Below, piece by piece: positions 12,336 to 26,200 of a stretch of 64,000 nt of DNA (position 1 is the stretch's first letter; each line of letters begins with the position of its first letter). The stretch lies in assembly GCA_002269645.1 (NCBI GenBank), contig NIVC01000212.1:434001-498000 (forward strand), in the 5' to 3' direction. The notes under the pieces are model-generated. The model searched no databases and had not been told where the DNA came from. It saw nothing but the letters and a program-made list of their open reading frames with translations. The stretch comes from Macrostomum lignano (taxonomy: Eukaryota). Position numbers and translations under genes: made by a program.

Positions 12336-13371
12336 CTTCAAAGATCCATTATGAAATTATACGCGGAGCAATCGGCTGGCCTTTCTTCGAAAGAAATTTT
12401 TGTAAATATGCATAAACATCTATGATTTATTAGTCAGCAGTAGTACGGGTTAGTCACTGGAAACTGATGGTAATTAACTGCGAAATACAAACATCAAAAC
12501 AAAAATTGAAACATGAGAGCATTGTATCTGCACTTTGAGTTTTTTATCTTAGGAATGAATAGAAAACAAAAGATGTGTCATAAAATGTGTTTTTCTAAAA
12601 AGTTGATAAATATTTTATCTAAAAGAGAAAATCTACATAATAGAAAGTATATGCAACGGACTATTTCACAAAAACAATAATTTTGGGGATGTAGGGATAC
12701 CTGTTACGATATGACGGGTTTTATCGGTCCCAAGCAGTTGTCTATGTTTACACGCACCTCGACTGCATACGAGTGGTTCCACTATAGTCTATGGTCTTGA
12801 AGACATGATGTCTATGGTCTGAAAGGACATTAGCATGTAGTGGCCTGTTCGCAGACGATACAAAAAAGTTTGGGGCCGCTGTACACTCCTGTGTGAGTGT
12901 GTGCCTGTGCGTATGACTGCGTACGTATCCACGGGCTTGTGTGCCTGCTCAGGGGAGTCGGCGGAATGGGCAGTAATGCCTCTCACCGGTTGTGTGACAA
13001 TGTCGCTTAAAGCGCGCCAGGGTGACTATTCTGCTTTGCCAACGGATGTCGAAGAACAGCTGTCTGAGGGCGAACTTTATTCTTGAATTACTGTGGCTCG
13101 TGTCTAAAAAAACCAGAAAAAACAGACTGACAGATGGACAGAAAGACAACAGACACACGGGCAATTATAGAATTTTATAATGGAATCATTTTCTTGTCGG
13201 CACAATTATTAAAATATGATTCAGATTGCTTTTGTTATAATTCTCAACTTGGCTGACGAAAGCAACACTAATTTGTAATTATTCATCATTGCATTAGTTG
13301 CCATAGGGAATTCTGTTAGTAGTATTTTCCCACTCCAATCAAATCACTTGCGGACGTCGTTCTCTCTTCAT

Positions 13372-14176
13372 TTAGATTGGCGTCACGTCGTTCTTGATAT
13401 GATAGCAGAGCATGATTATGGCCAGAGCCGCTATGCATCCCTGGAATATATATCAGCGCGTGAAACAGTGAAAATGGCATAAAATTTTAAACAAATTGAA
13501 AGACAGAGAAAGAGAGAGAGAAGCAGACAGACAAACAGACAGACAGGCAAATAGACAGTCGGACAGACAGACAGACAGACAGGCAAACAGACAGTCGGAC
13601 AGACGGACAGACAGGCAAACAGACAGTCGGACAGACAGACAGACAGGCAAACAGACAGTCGGACAGACGGACAGACAGGCAAACAGACAGTCGGATAGAC
13701 AGACAGACAGGCAAACAGACAGTCGGACAGACGGACAGACAGGCAAACAGACAGTCGGACAGACAGACAGACAGGCAAACAGACAGTCGGACAGACAGAC
13801 AGACAGGCAAACAGACAGTCGGACAGACGGACAGACAGGCAAACAGACAGTCGGACAGACAGACAGACAGGCAAACAGACAGTCGGACAGACGGACAGAC
13901 AGGCAAATAGACAGTCGGACAGACAGACAGACAGACAGACAGGCAAACAGACAGTCGGACAGACGGACAGACAGGCAAACAGACAGTCGGACAGACAGAC
14001 AGACAGGCAAACAGACGGTCGGACAGACGGACAGACAGGCAAACAGACAGTCGGACAGACAGACAGACAGGCAAACAGACAGTCGGACAGACAGACAGAC
14101 AGACAGAAAGGCAGACAGACAGACAGACAGACAGGCAAACAGACAGTCGGACAGACAGACAGACAGACAGAAAGGC

Positions 14177-14207
<31 letters not shown>

Positions 14208-14224
14208 AAGGCAGACAGACAGAC

Positions 14225-14259
<35 letters not shown>

Positions 14260-17200
14260 CCAACTAAAGCATAAATGTCAGCACAAGAATCATCATATTA
14301 CTAATCACCAATATTTCATGAGTATTTGTATCACATACTGACAGTTTTGAGCAGTTTCAGTGTCACTATGCTATACTCGAACTCAATATTTGAAACGCTC
14401 TCACCGTGATAGCGGCTGTAATGGCCATGCCAGTCATGACAACATTAGCGTATGTTGTCAGGATGTCCCACAGTTTACCGTAGCAACTTTTCATGTAGTT
14501 ACTGTTGCTTGGCGTAGGATTGTAGGTGCAATTCTTGTCGACTGGTTCAAATGTGGTCATGCTGAGCTGACAGCAGGATAGGGGAGCCACTAGTGCTGCA
14601 ATATGGTGGCGTGTTTAAGTTTAGGGATTTGCTGCTTGATTCTGATTGACGCGTGAAGGTTTTTTGGCCTACAGATTTCTATAATAAACTGTGGTTCTAC
14701 TTGATGGGATTAACTCCATTACCTGTTAGGCTCAAATGCATTATACAATGGGATCAGCTTCATCACCTTAATATAGGATCAGCTTCATTACCCTAATAAA
14801 GGATCAGCTTCATCTACTTAATAAAGGATCAGCTTCATCACCTTAATATAGGATCAGCTTCATCACCTTAATATAGGATCAGCTTCATCACCTTAATATA
14901 GGATCAGCTTCATCACCCTAATAAACGATCAGCTTCATCACCCTAATAAACGATCAGCTTCACCACCTTAATAAAGGATCAGCTTCATCACCTTAATATA
15001 AGATCAGCTTCATCACCTTAATATAGGATCAGCTTCATCACCTTAATATAGGATCAGCTTTATCACCCTAATAAACGATCAGCTTCATCACCCTAATAAA
15101 CGATCAGCTTCATCACCCTAATAAACGATCAGCTTCACCACCTTAATATACATGTAGGATCAGCTTCACCACCTTAATATAGGATCAGCTTTATCTCCTT
15201 AATATAGGATCAGCTTCATCGCATTAATATAGGATCAGCTTCATCACCTTAATATAGGATCAGCTTTATCACCCTAATAAACGATCAGCTTCATCACCCT
15301 AATAAACGATCAGCTTCATCACCCTAATATACGATCAGCTTCACCACCTTAATATACATGTAGGATCAGCTTCACCACCTTAATATAGGATCAGCTTCAT
15401 CGCCTTAATATAGGATCAGCTTCATCACCCTAATAAACGATCAGCTTCATCACCTTAATATAGGATCAGCTTCATCGCCATAATATAGGATCAGCTTCAT
15501 CATCTTAATATAGAATCAGCTTCATCACCCTAATATAGGATCAGCTTCATCGCCATAATATAGGATCAGCTTCATCACCTTAATATAGAATCAGCTTCAT
15601 CACCCTAATATAGGATCAGCTTCATCACCTTAATATAGGATCAGCTTCATCACCTTAATATAGAATCAGCTTCATCAGCTTAATATAGGATCAGCTTCAT
15701 CACCTTGATATAGGATAAGCTTCATCACCTTAATATAGGATTAGCTTCATCACCTTAATATAGGATCAGCTTCATCACCTTGATATAGGATCAGCTTCAA
15801 TACTTAAAAGGAGCATTGGGTCTCAGAGAGGAAAAAGTGTGCAGATCTGAACTCACTGACATATCTCGACTCGGACGATAGGTAATAGGTTCGATTCCAC
15901 TGACTAGCCGAGTAGAAGTCAGTAAAGTTGTCTATACCGCAGCATTCGAGCTGAAATTTATTCGAAACGGTTACTGTACATGCACATGCGTTTATCGAAC
16001 TCGAACTTTAAAGTAATCCTTAACTTATTAAACTTACACGACCCTGAATAATGTCCAACACTTTGCTGAAATCGTTCTGACTACTCGACTGGCTGCCCTG
16101 GTACTGCTCGGTAATGAGTCGCTTCATCTCTTTGGCCCCGATGCTGCGCATGTCCTGTTTGAACAGCAGGTATCCGATCACGAATCCAAGCAGAGCTAGG
16201 GTTAGGGCCAGTACTAGGACCACGTACTGCGGGGATGTATGAATTGCAGAGCGTTTTCAAACATTAATTCAACCTTCAAGTGGCAATGCACAGTTTTAAT
16301 TTGCCTTTACACTACTGTTAGTAGATTTTGCTCGGAGAAATGTTAGAGTCAGGTTAAGAGTCAGGTTCAGGATTCTATAGAAGTTGTAATCCGCCAACCC
16401 GCGAGCAAGTGATAATGAATTATACGTACTTTATAGTTCCACTAGCTCCAATATGCAAGTTATCCCCTGTACAAATCGGTCCAGATCTTTGTGAGGACCC
16501 CTTCTATCTAGATTACCCTTTAATCATATGGTGCAAATTTTATAACCTAAATGTATATATAAATATTAAAATTCGAATTTTATTCTTTGTATTATCCAAC
16601 ATTACTCGCTTAATAAATCGGCAGAGCCCTCCCTGGGCTGACCCGAGGGTCAATACTTTTGACCCATTCGTTTAATAAGTACAGGTACTTTAGTACTACT
16701 TTAGTATTAGTATTAGTAAAGTTGGGAGTTCCTATATACACCAATACCCCTTGCTAATCAGCACTGTTTGCTCAAATCCTGCTCAGAGTTGGGGCTACTC
16801 AAACGCTAGTTATATGTTGAACGCATAGTTTTTTCAAACAATAAAGTACTCAACTCAGTCACGCTTGTTCGCCTGCTTTCCGTGTACTTTTATTGCTCGA
16901 AAAATTAGAACCTTATCTGTTGTGTTTTGTCTTACCTACTCTTCTATCTGAGGAGACCTTAATGAGATAGCTCAACCTGATCTGTCTCTAACCGTCTAAT
17001 AGCCTCAGTTGATCTGTCCCTGATCATCTAATAGCCTCAGTTGATCTGTCCCTAATCTTCTAATAGCCTCACCTGCTCTGTCCCTAATAATCTAATAGCC
17101 TCACTTACCCTGTCCCTAATCATCTAATAGCCTCACCTACTCTGTCACTAATCATCTAATAGCCCCACTAAAATTATAAACCACTGCAGTACAGTACATT

Positions 17201-20200
17201 CACTTACCACAATGAGAACGACCTTCAGTTTGCAGCAGGCGCCAACGCAGCCCAAAATGCTGCTGGCCAGAATAAATGCGCCAATTCCGAGGAGCACTAT
17301 GCCGGCATAGCCTGCAATAGTTTTAGTAGAAAATTATTGTTTATTATGTTTATTCTGATGTCAGATGGCGCCTAAAACTAGATGTCAGATGGCGCCTAAA
17401 ACTAGATGTCAGATGGCGCCTAAAACTAGATGCCAGATGGCGCCTTAAACTAGATGTCAGATGGCGCCTAAAACTAGATGTCAGATGGCGCCTTAAACTA
17501 GATGTCAGATGGCGCCTAAAACTAGGTGTCAGATGGCGCCTAAAACTATAGATGTCAGGTGGCGCCTAAACTAGACGTCAGATGGCGCCTTAAACTAGAT
17601 GTCAGATGGCGCCTAAAACTAGGTGTCAGATGGCGCCTAAAACTATAGATGTCAGATGGCGCCTAAAACTATAGATGTCAGATGGCGCCTAAACTGGATG
17701 TCAGATGGTGCCTAAAACTATAGATGTCAGATGGCGCCTAAACTAGATGTCAGATGGCGCCTAAAACTATAGATGTCAGATGGCGCCTAAACTGGATGTC
17801 AGATGGCGCCTAAACTGGATGTCAGATGGCGCCTAAAACTATAGATGTCAGATGGCGCCTAAACTAGATGTCAGATGGCGCCTAAAACTATAGATGTCAG
17901 ATGGCGCCTAAAACTATAGATGTCAGATGGCGCCTAAACTAGATGTCAGATGGCGCCTAAAACTATAGATGTCAGATGGCGCCTAAAACTATAGATGTCA
18001 GATGGCGCCTAAAACTGGATGTCAGATGGCGCCTAAAACTATAGATGTCAGATGGCGCCTAAAACTGGATGTCAGATGGCGCCTAAAACTATAGATGTCA
18101 GATGGCGCCTAAACTGGATGTCAGATGGCGCCTAAAACTATAGATGTCAGATGGCGCCTAAACTAGATGTCAGATGGCGCCTAAAACTAGATGTCAGATG
18201 GCGCCTTAAACTAGATGTCAGATGGCGCCTAAAACTAGGTGTCAGATGGCGCCTAAAACTATAGATGTCAGGTGGCGCCTAAACTAGACGTCAGATGGCG
18301 CCTTAAACTAGATGTCAGATGGCGCCTAAAACTAGGTGTCAGATGGCGCCTAAAACTATAGATGTCAGATGGCGCCTAAAACTATAGATGTCAGATGGCG
18401 CCTAAACTGGATGTCAGATGGTGCCTAAAACTATAGATGTCAGATGGCGCCTAAACTAGATGTCAGATGGCGCCTAAAACTATAGATGTCAGATGGCGCC
18501 TAAACTGGATGTCAGATGGCGCCTAAACTGGATGTCAGATGGCGCCTAAAACTATAGATGTCAGATGGCGCCTAAACTAGATGTCAGATGGCGCCTAAAA
18601 CTATAGATGTCAGATGGCGCCTAAAACTATAGATGTCAGATGGCGCCTAAACTAGATGTCAGATGGCGCCTAAAACTATAGATGTCAGATGGCGCCTAAA
18701 ACTATAGATGTCAGATGGCGCCTAAAACTGGATGTCAGATGGCGCCTAAAACTATAGATGTCAGATGGCGCCTAAAACTGGATGTCAGATGGCGCCTAAA
18801 ACTATAGATGTCAGATGGCGCCTAAAACTGGATGTCAGATGGCGCCTAAAACTATAGATGTCAGATGGCGCCTAAAACTAGATGTCAGATGGCGCCTAAA
18901 ACTAGATGTCAGATGGCGCCTAAAACTAGGTGTCAGATGGCGCCTAAAACTATAGATGTCAGATGGCGCCTAAACTGGATGTCAGATGGCGCCTAAAACT
19001 ATAGATGTCAGATGGCGCCTAAACTGGATGTCAGATGGCGCCTAAAACTATAGATGTCAGATGGCGCCTAAATCTGGGTTATCAAGAACAAACTCACTGA
19101 CAACGGTTGACCAGCTGCCAAGTATTTTCTGCACATCCGCGATGCTCAGTTGCACATTCGAGCCGCCAACGTTGCTGCTGGCCAGGGAGGACAGCAGGCC
19201 GCTGAACAGCTGGTAGATGGCGCTGCCGCCAAAGTGGAGAAGGCAGCCGACAATGCCCAGCAGGATGCCAACAGTCTGGTGACGGGTGCGGATCGAGAGT
19301 TGTTAGAGCCTAATGCGATTTGATATCGGTCTCCTAAGAGCCTAATGCGATTTGATATCGGTCTCCTAAGAGCCTAATGCGATTTGATATCGGTCTCCTA
19401 AGAGCCTAATGCGATGTGATATCAGTCTCCTAAGAGCCTAATGCGATGTGATATCAGTCTCCTAAGAGCCTAATGCGATGTGATATCGGTCTCAGCTAAG
19501 GGCCTAATGCAATTTGATATCGGTCTCAGCTAAGGGCCTAATGCAATTTGATATCGGTCTCAGCTAAGGGCCTAATGCAATTTGATATCGGTCTCAGCTA
19601 AGGGCCTAATGCAATTTGATATCGGTCTCAGCTAAGAGCCTAATGCGATTTGATATCGGTCTCAGCTAAGAACCTAATGCGATGTGATATCGGTCTCCTG
19701 ACTTAAGAGCCTAATTAATTTTAATTGATTTACTAAGAATATGATCAGTTTTAGATTAATCCCCGCCAGAACCTAAGTAGATTTTTAATCGATCGCCTAA
19801 GATCCTAATGGAATCCTATATACTAAAAATGAGTTGTCTGTGGGTAGGTAGGTAGGTAGGTATGCGATAGATTTCAGAAAAAATGGCTCAACCGATTTTC
19901 TTCAAACTTGCACCATTCGATCAGAAATTTTCCTGGGACGGTACATGCATCTTGGCTAAGAAATTGCTCAATGATAAAGGGATTAAATATTCGAAAAACA
20001 TGCTTTTTTGCAAAGGTCAAGCAGCTCTTTCGACCTAAAATTCATTGTAAGAATGCTAGAGAAATAAACTGACTGGCTGAATTCTGATTGTCATAAAGAT
20101 TGCATCACAACAAGTTGAAAACAGTGCCGAAAAAATGCACACACGACTTGATTTAAATTGCGTAACCAATATTGCTAACTCAAATTGAGACTGATACTGG

Positions 20201-23200
20201 CTGACTGAGAAATTGATTATGTCATAACTTTTTACCCCAATTGACTTGCTGTAAGAATTGAATTATAAGGGCCACAATTCATGTTCTCCAATTGAAAAGA
20301 GATAGCCTATATACGAACAGACTGGACTGCCAACGTAGCGACCTGGGTTCGAATCTTAGTAGTGAAAAATAATTTTTTTATTAAAACACCTTGAAAACAC
20401 GAAACTGCTAAACATAAAAAATCACAATGTCAAACATAAAAGAGGCACCATGTCAAACATTACATGGGCACCATGTAAAACATATACGTGACTCTATGTC
20501 AAACATTAAAGAGCCACCATGTAAAACATAAAAGAGTCACCAATTCGAACATTAAAGAGCCACCACGTCGAACATTAAAGTGCCACCATGTCAAACGTAA
20601 AAGAGCCACCATTCCAAACATAAAAGAGCCACTATGTCGAACATTAAAGAGCCACCATTTCGAACATAAAAGAGCCACCATTTCGAATATTAAAGAGCCA
20701 CCATGAAGAAAATTAAAGAATCACCATATCGAACATAAAACAGCCACAATGTAGAATATTAAAGAGCCACTATTTCGAACATTAAAGAGCCACTATGTCA
20801 AACATAAAAGAGCCACCATGTCGAACATTAAAGAGCCACCATATTTAGAATATTAAAGAGCCACCATATCAAACATTAAAGAGCCACTATGTCAAACGTA
20901 AAAGTGACTTTATGTCAAACATATCAGTGACTTTATGTCAAACATATCAGTGACTTTATGTCAAACATATAAGTGTTTTTATGTCAAACATTAAAGAACC
21001 ACCATTTCGAACATTAAAGAGCCACCATTTCGAACATTAAAGAGCCACCATGTCAAACATTAAAGAGCCACCATGTCAAACATAAATGAGCCACCATGTC
21101 AAACATAAAAGAGGCACCATGTTAACATAAAAGAGCCACCATGTCAAACATAAGAGAGCAACCATGTCAAGCATAAAATCTACACAATTTCAAACGTAAA
21201 AGTATTGCCAGCCAATGCCAATTTTAAGTCATGCCAATTTTAAAGGAGCCACTATAAAGCTAAGGAAATTTTCGCACTAGCTACTTATTGTCCGGTGGAT
21301 GCTTGCTATTTGGGGATACTTGCTATCTGGGGGGGGGGGTGCTTGCTATCTGGGGGATGCTTGCTATCTGGGATGCTTGCTATCTGGGGGATGCTTGCTA
21401 CCTGGTATCTGGGGGATGCTTGCTATCTGGGATGCTTGCTATCTGGGGGATGCTTGCTATCTGGGATGCTTGCTATCTGGGATGCTTGCTATCTGGGGTG
21501 CTTGCTATCTGGGGGATGCTTGCTATCTAGGGGTGCTTGCTATCTGGGGGATGCTTGCTATCTGGGATGCTTGCTATCTGGGGGATGCTTGCTATCTGGG
21601 GATGCTTGCTATCTGGGATGCTTGCTATCTGGAGGATGCTTGCTATCTGGGGGATGCTTGCTATCTGGGTGATGCTTGCTATCTGGGGGATGCTTGCTAT
21701 CTGGGGAATGCTTGCTATCTGGGGGATGCTTGCTATCTGGGGGATGCTTGCTATCTGGGGGCTTGCTATCTGGGGGATGCTTGTTATCTGGGGGATGCTT
21801 GCTATCTGGGGGATGCTTGCTATCTGGGGGGTGCTTGTTATCTATGCTTGCTATCTGGGGGGTGCTTGCTATCTGGGTGATGCTTGCTATCTGGGGGATG
21901 CTTTCTCTCTGGGTGATGCTTGCTGTCTTGGGATGATTTCTTTTTGCATTGCACTTCATTTGAGCAGTTTGTCGGTTTTCTTTGTGAAGGTTTTTTTGTA
22001 TGTCGAATATTAAACAGCCACCATGTCAAACATAAAAGAGACACCATGACAAACATTAAAGAGCCACCACGTCAAACATTAAAGAGCCACCACGTCAAAC
22101 ATTAAAGAGCCACCATGTCGAACATAAAAAGAGCCACTATGTCAAACAAACACGTGACTCCATCTCAAACATTAAAGAGCCACTATTTCAAACATAAAAG
22201 AGCTACCATGTCAGACATAAAAGAGCTACCATGTAAAATATACAAAAGCCTTCATGTCAAACATAAAACAGCCACATATACGTGACTTAATGTCAAACCT
22301 TAAGGAGCCACCATGTCGAACATTAAAGAGCCACCATGTCGAACATTAAAGAGCTACCATCTCAAACATAAAAGAGTCACCATGCCAAACATAAAAGAGC
22401 CACCATGTCAAACATAAAAGAGCCACCATTTTAAACATATACGTGACTCCATGTCAAACATTAAAGCGCCATCATGTCAAACATATATGTGACTGCATGT
22501 CAAACATAGAAGAGCCACCATGTCAAACATAGAAGAGACACCATGTCAAACATAAAGAGCCACCATGTAAAATATAAAAGAGCTACTATGTAAAATATAA
22601 AAGGGCCATCATGTCAAACATTTACGTGACTCAATGTCAAACATTAAAGAGCCACCATATCGAACATTAAAGAGCCACCATGTTAAACATAAAAGAGCCA
22701 CCATGTCAAACATAGAAGAGACACCATGTCAAACATAGAAGAGACACCATGTCAAACATAAAGAGCCACCATGTAAAATATAAAAGAGCTACTATGTAAA
22801 ATATAAAAGGGCCATCATGTCAAACATTTACGTGACTCAATGTCAAACATTAAAGAGCCACCATATCGAACATTAAAGAGCCACCATGTTAAACATAAAA
22901 GAGCCACCATGTCAAACATAGAAGAGACACCATGTCAAACATAGAAGAGACACCATGTCAAACATAAAGAGCCACCATGTAAAATATAAAAGAGCTACTA
23001 TGTAAAATATAAAAGGGCCATCATGTCAAACATTTACGTGACTCAATGTCAAACATTAAAGAGCCACCATATCGAACATTAAAGAGCCACCATGCCAAAC
23101 ATAAAAGAGCCACCATGTCAAACATATACGTGACTCCATGTCAAACATTAAAGCGCCATTATGTCAAACATATATGTGACTGCATGTCAAACATAAAAGA

Positions 23201-26200
23201 GCCACCATGTCAAACAACTAAGCTACCATGTCAAACAAAGAAGAGACACCATATCAAACATAGAAGAGCCACCATGTCAAACATAACAGAGACAACATTT
23301 CAAATGTAAAAGGGCCGCCATGGTAAACATAGAAGAGCCACTATGTCAACATTAAAGAGCCACCTTTTTAAACATAAAAGAGACACCGTTTCAAACATAA
23401 AAGAAGTGTCATGCCAAACAAAATGGAGCCACTATAAATCTAAGGAAATATCTGCACTAGCTAATTTCTCTGGTGGATGCTTGCTATTTATGGATGGATA
23501 CTTGCTATCAAGGGGATGCTTGCTATTGGGAGATGCTTACTCTTGGGGGGTGGAGGGTACTTGCTATCTAAGAGGGGGTTGCTAGATATCTATAAGGTCT
23601 CTTTGTATCCAGGTTAATGCTTGCTATCTGGGGTTGCTTGCGGTCTGGGGGATGCTTGCTATTTGGGGGAGCTTGCTATCTGGGGGATGCTTGCTATCTG
23701 GGGTTGCTTGCAGTCTGGGGGATGCTTGCTATTTGGGGCTTGCTTGGGGATCGATGCTTGAATGCTGTCTGAGGATGCTTGCTGTCTTGGGATGTTTTGT
23801 TTTTAGAGGGAATGTCTGTTGTTTTTTATGAAGGCTTTTTTTTGCTGTCTATTTGTTATTTGTGAAGAACAAGGATTCTATCCAGATGTCCCCCATCGGG
23901 GGGCGAAGATTGCTAGTCCAATATACTAAAAACGGTCTGTCGGTATATGTGTGTGTGTGTGTGTGTGATTGATTTTAGCAAAAACGGCTCAACCGATTTT
24001 CTTCGAACTTGCACCATTCAATCAGAAATTTTCCTGGGACGGTACATGCATCTTGGCTAAGAAATTGCTCAATATTAAAGGGATTAAATATTCGAAAAAC
24101 ATGTTTTTTTGCAAAGGTCAAGCAAAATTTTCGACTTGAAATGCATTGTAAGAATGCTAGAGAAAAAACTGACTGGTTGAATTCTGATTCTGAAATAGAT
24201 TGCATCATAAAAATAGGCTTTTATTTATCGTCTCTGTACTGGCTGAATTTTGACACTGAATTGAATTACGTCACAGTATCGAAAACGCAGTGTGGAAGCA
24301 TAGCACAATACTTGATTTATCTTGCGTAACCATATTGCTAACTTTAATAGACTGGTACTGACTTGCCTAAGAAATTGATTATGTCATAAGTGCCTCGTGT
24401 AATTTTTACTCAATTGACTTGGTGTGAGTGTTAAACTATAAGTGCTACAAATTCATTTATAATTTCAATGAGAGCTAGCCTAGCTGTAAACACACTGGAC
24501 TGCTAATGCAGCTACCTGGGTTCGAATCTTAGTAGTGTATAAAAGAATAAAAGTAGCATAATTTTTTTATTGAAAGCTTTTATTAAAAAACTAATTAAAA
24601 AGACCTAGATTATGGATTAGAAGCCAAGGATTACTGCACTTGATAAGCCAAAGATTATTGCGCTTGATAAACCAAGGATTATTGCACTTGATAAACCAAG
24701 GATTATTGTACTTGATAAGCCAATGATTATTGCACTCGATAAGCCAAGGATTACTGCACTTGATAAACCAAGGATTATTGCACTTGATAAACAAAGGATT
24801 ATTGCACTTGATAAGCCAAGGATTATTGCACTCGATAAGCCAAGGATTACTGCACTTGATAAACCAAGGATTACTGCACTTGATTAACCAAGACTTACCG
24901 CACTTGATAAACCAAGGATTATTGCACTTGATAAACCAAGGACTACTGCGCTTGATAAACCAAGGATTATTGCACTTGATAAACCAAGGATTATTGCACT
25001 TGATAAACCAAGGATTATTGCACTTGATAAGCCAAGGATTATTGCACTCGATAAGCCAAGGATTACTGCACTTGATAAACCAAGGATTATTGCACTTGAT
25101 TAACCAAGACTTACTGCACTTGATAAACCAAGGATTATTGCACTTGATAAACCAAGGATTACTGCACTTGATAAGCCAAAGATTACTACGCTTGATAAAC
25201 CAAGGATTATTGCACTTGATAAACCAAGGATTATTGCACTTGATAAGCCAATGATTATTGCACTCGATAAGCCAAGAATTACTGCACTTGATAAACCAAG
25301 GATTATTGCACTTGATAAACCAAGGATTATTGCACTTGATAAACCAAGACTTACCGCACTTGATAAACCAAGGATTATTGCACTTGATAAACCAAGGACT
25401 ACTGCGCTTGATAAACAAAGGGTTACTGCACTTGATAAACCAAGGATTATTGCACTTGATAAGCCAAGGATTATTGCACTTGATAGACCAGAACTTACTG
25501 CACTTGATAAACCAAGGATTACTGCACTTGATAGACCAAGGATTACTGCACTTGATAAACCAAGACTTACTGCACTTGATAAGCTAAAGATTATTGCACT
25601 TGATAGACCAGAACTTACTGCACTTGATAAACCCCCTTACTGCACTTGATAAACAAAGGATTACTGCACTTGATAAGCCAAGGATTTCTGCACTGGATAA
25701 ACCAAGACTTACGGCACTTTATAAACCAAGGATTTCTGCACTTGAAAAACCAAGACTTACTGCACTTGATAAACCAAGACTTACTGCACTTGATAAACCA
25801 AGGATTACTGCACTTGATAGACCAGAACTTACTGCACTTGATAAGCCAAGGATTACTGCACTTGATAAACCAATGATTACTGCGCTTGGCAAACAAAGGA
25901 TTACTGCGCTTGATAAGCTTGGCTATATGTATGGGATTCTTTCTATCTAGGGATGTTTGCTTTTTATGGATTCTTACTAACTGGGTTGATGCTTCTGCAA
26001 TATTTGGGTGGTGCTTGGTATCTGCAGGATGCTTGCTGTCTGGGTGGATGCTTGCTATCTGGGGGATGCTTGCTGTCTGGGTGGATGCTTCTACAATATC
26101 TGGGGGGTGCTTGGTATCTGCAGGATGCTTGCTATCTGGGGGATGCTTGCTGTCTGGGTGGATGCTTCTACAATATTTGGGGGATGCTTGCTATCTAGCT

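Larger units (their letters stand above)
19814..23916 (+). mobile_element. Non-autonomous Helitron-like element, copy 1
   Basis: A|TCCTATATACTAAAA 5' end; (GTAG)n; ~550-bp body shared with copy 2; 3' hairpin ccccc-atcg-ggggg (23890-23903) followed by GATTGCTAG. No RepHel ORF. Confidence 0.8.

Noticed and set aside
12725-12735. CGGTCCCAAGC, matching the twister ribozyme L4 signature
   Set aside because: The P4 partner strand and the downstream GAGGG pseudoknot partner are missing.
17357-19072. CRISPR-like regular repeat
   Set aside because: No unique spacers, no cas genes, and it lies in a eukaryotic intron.
20301-20364. Functional tRNA gene
   Set aside because: No acceptor stem or full cloverleaf; it sits inside a repeated element.
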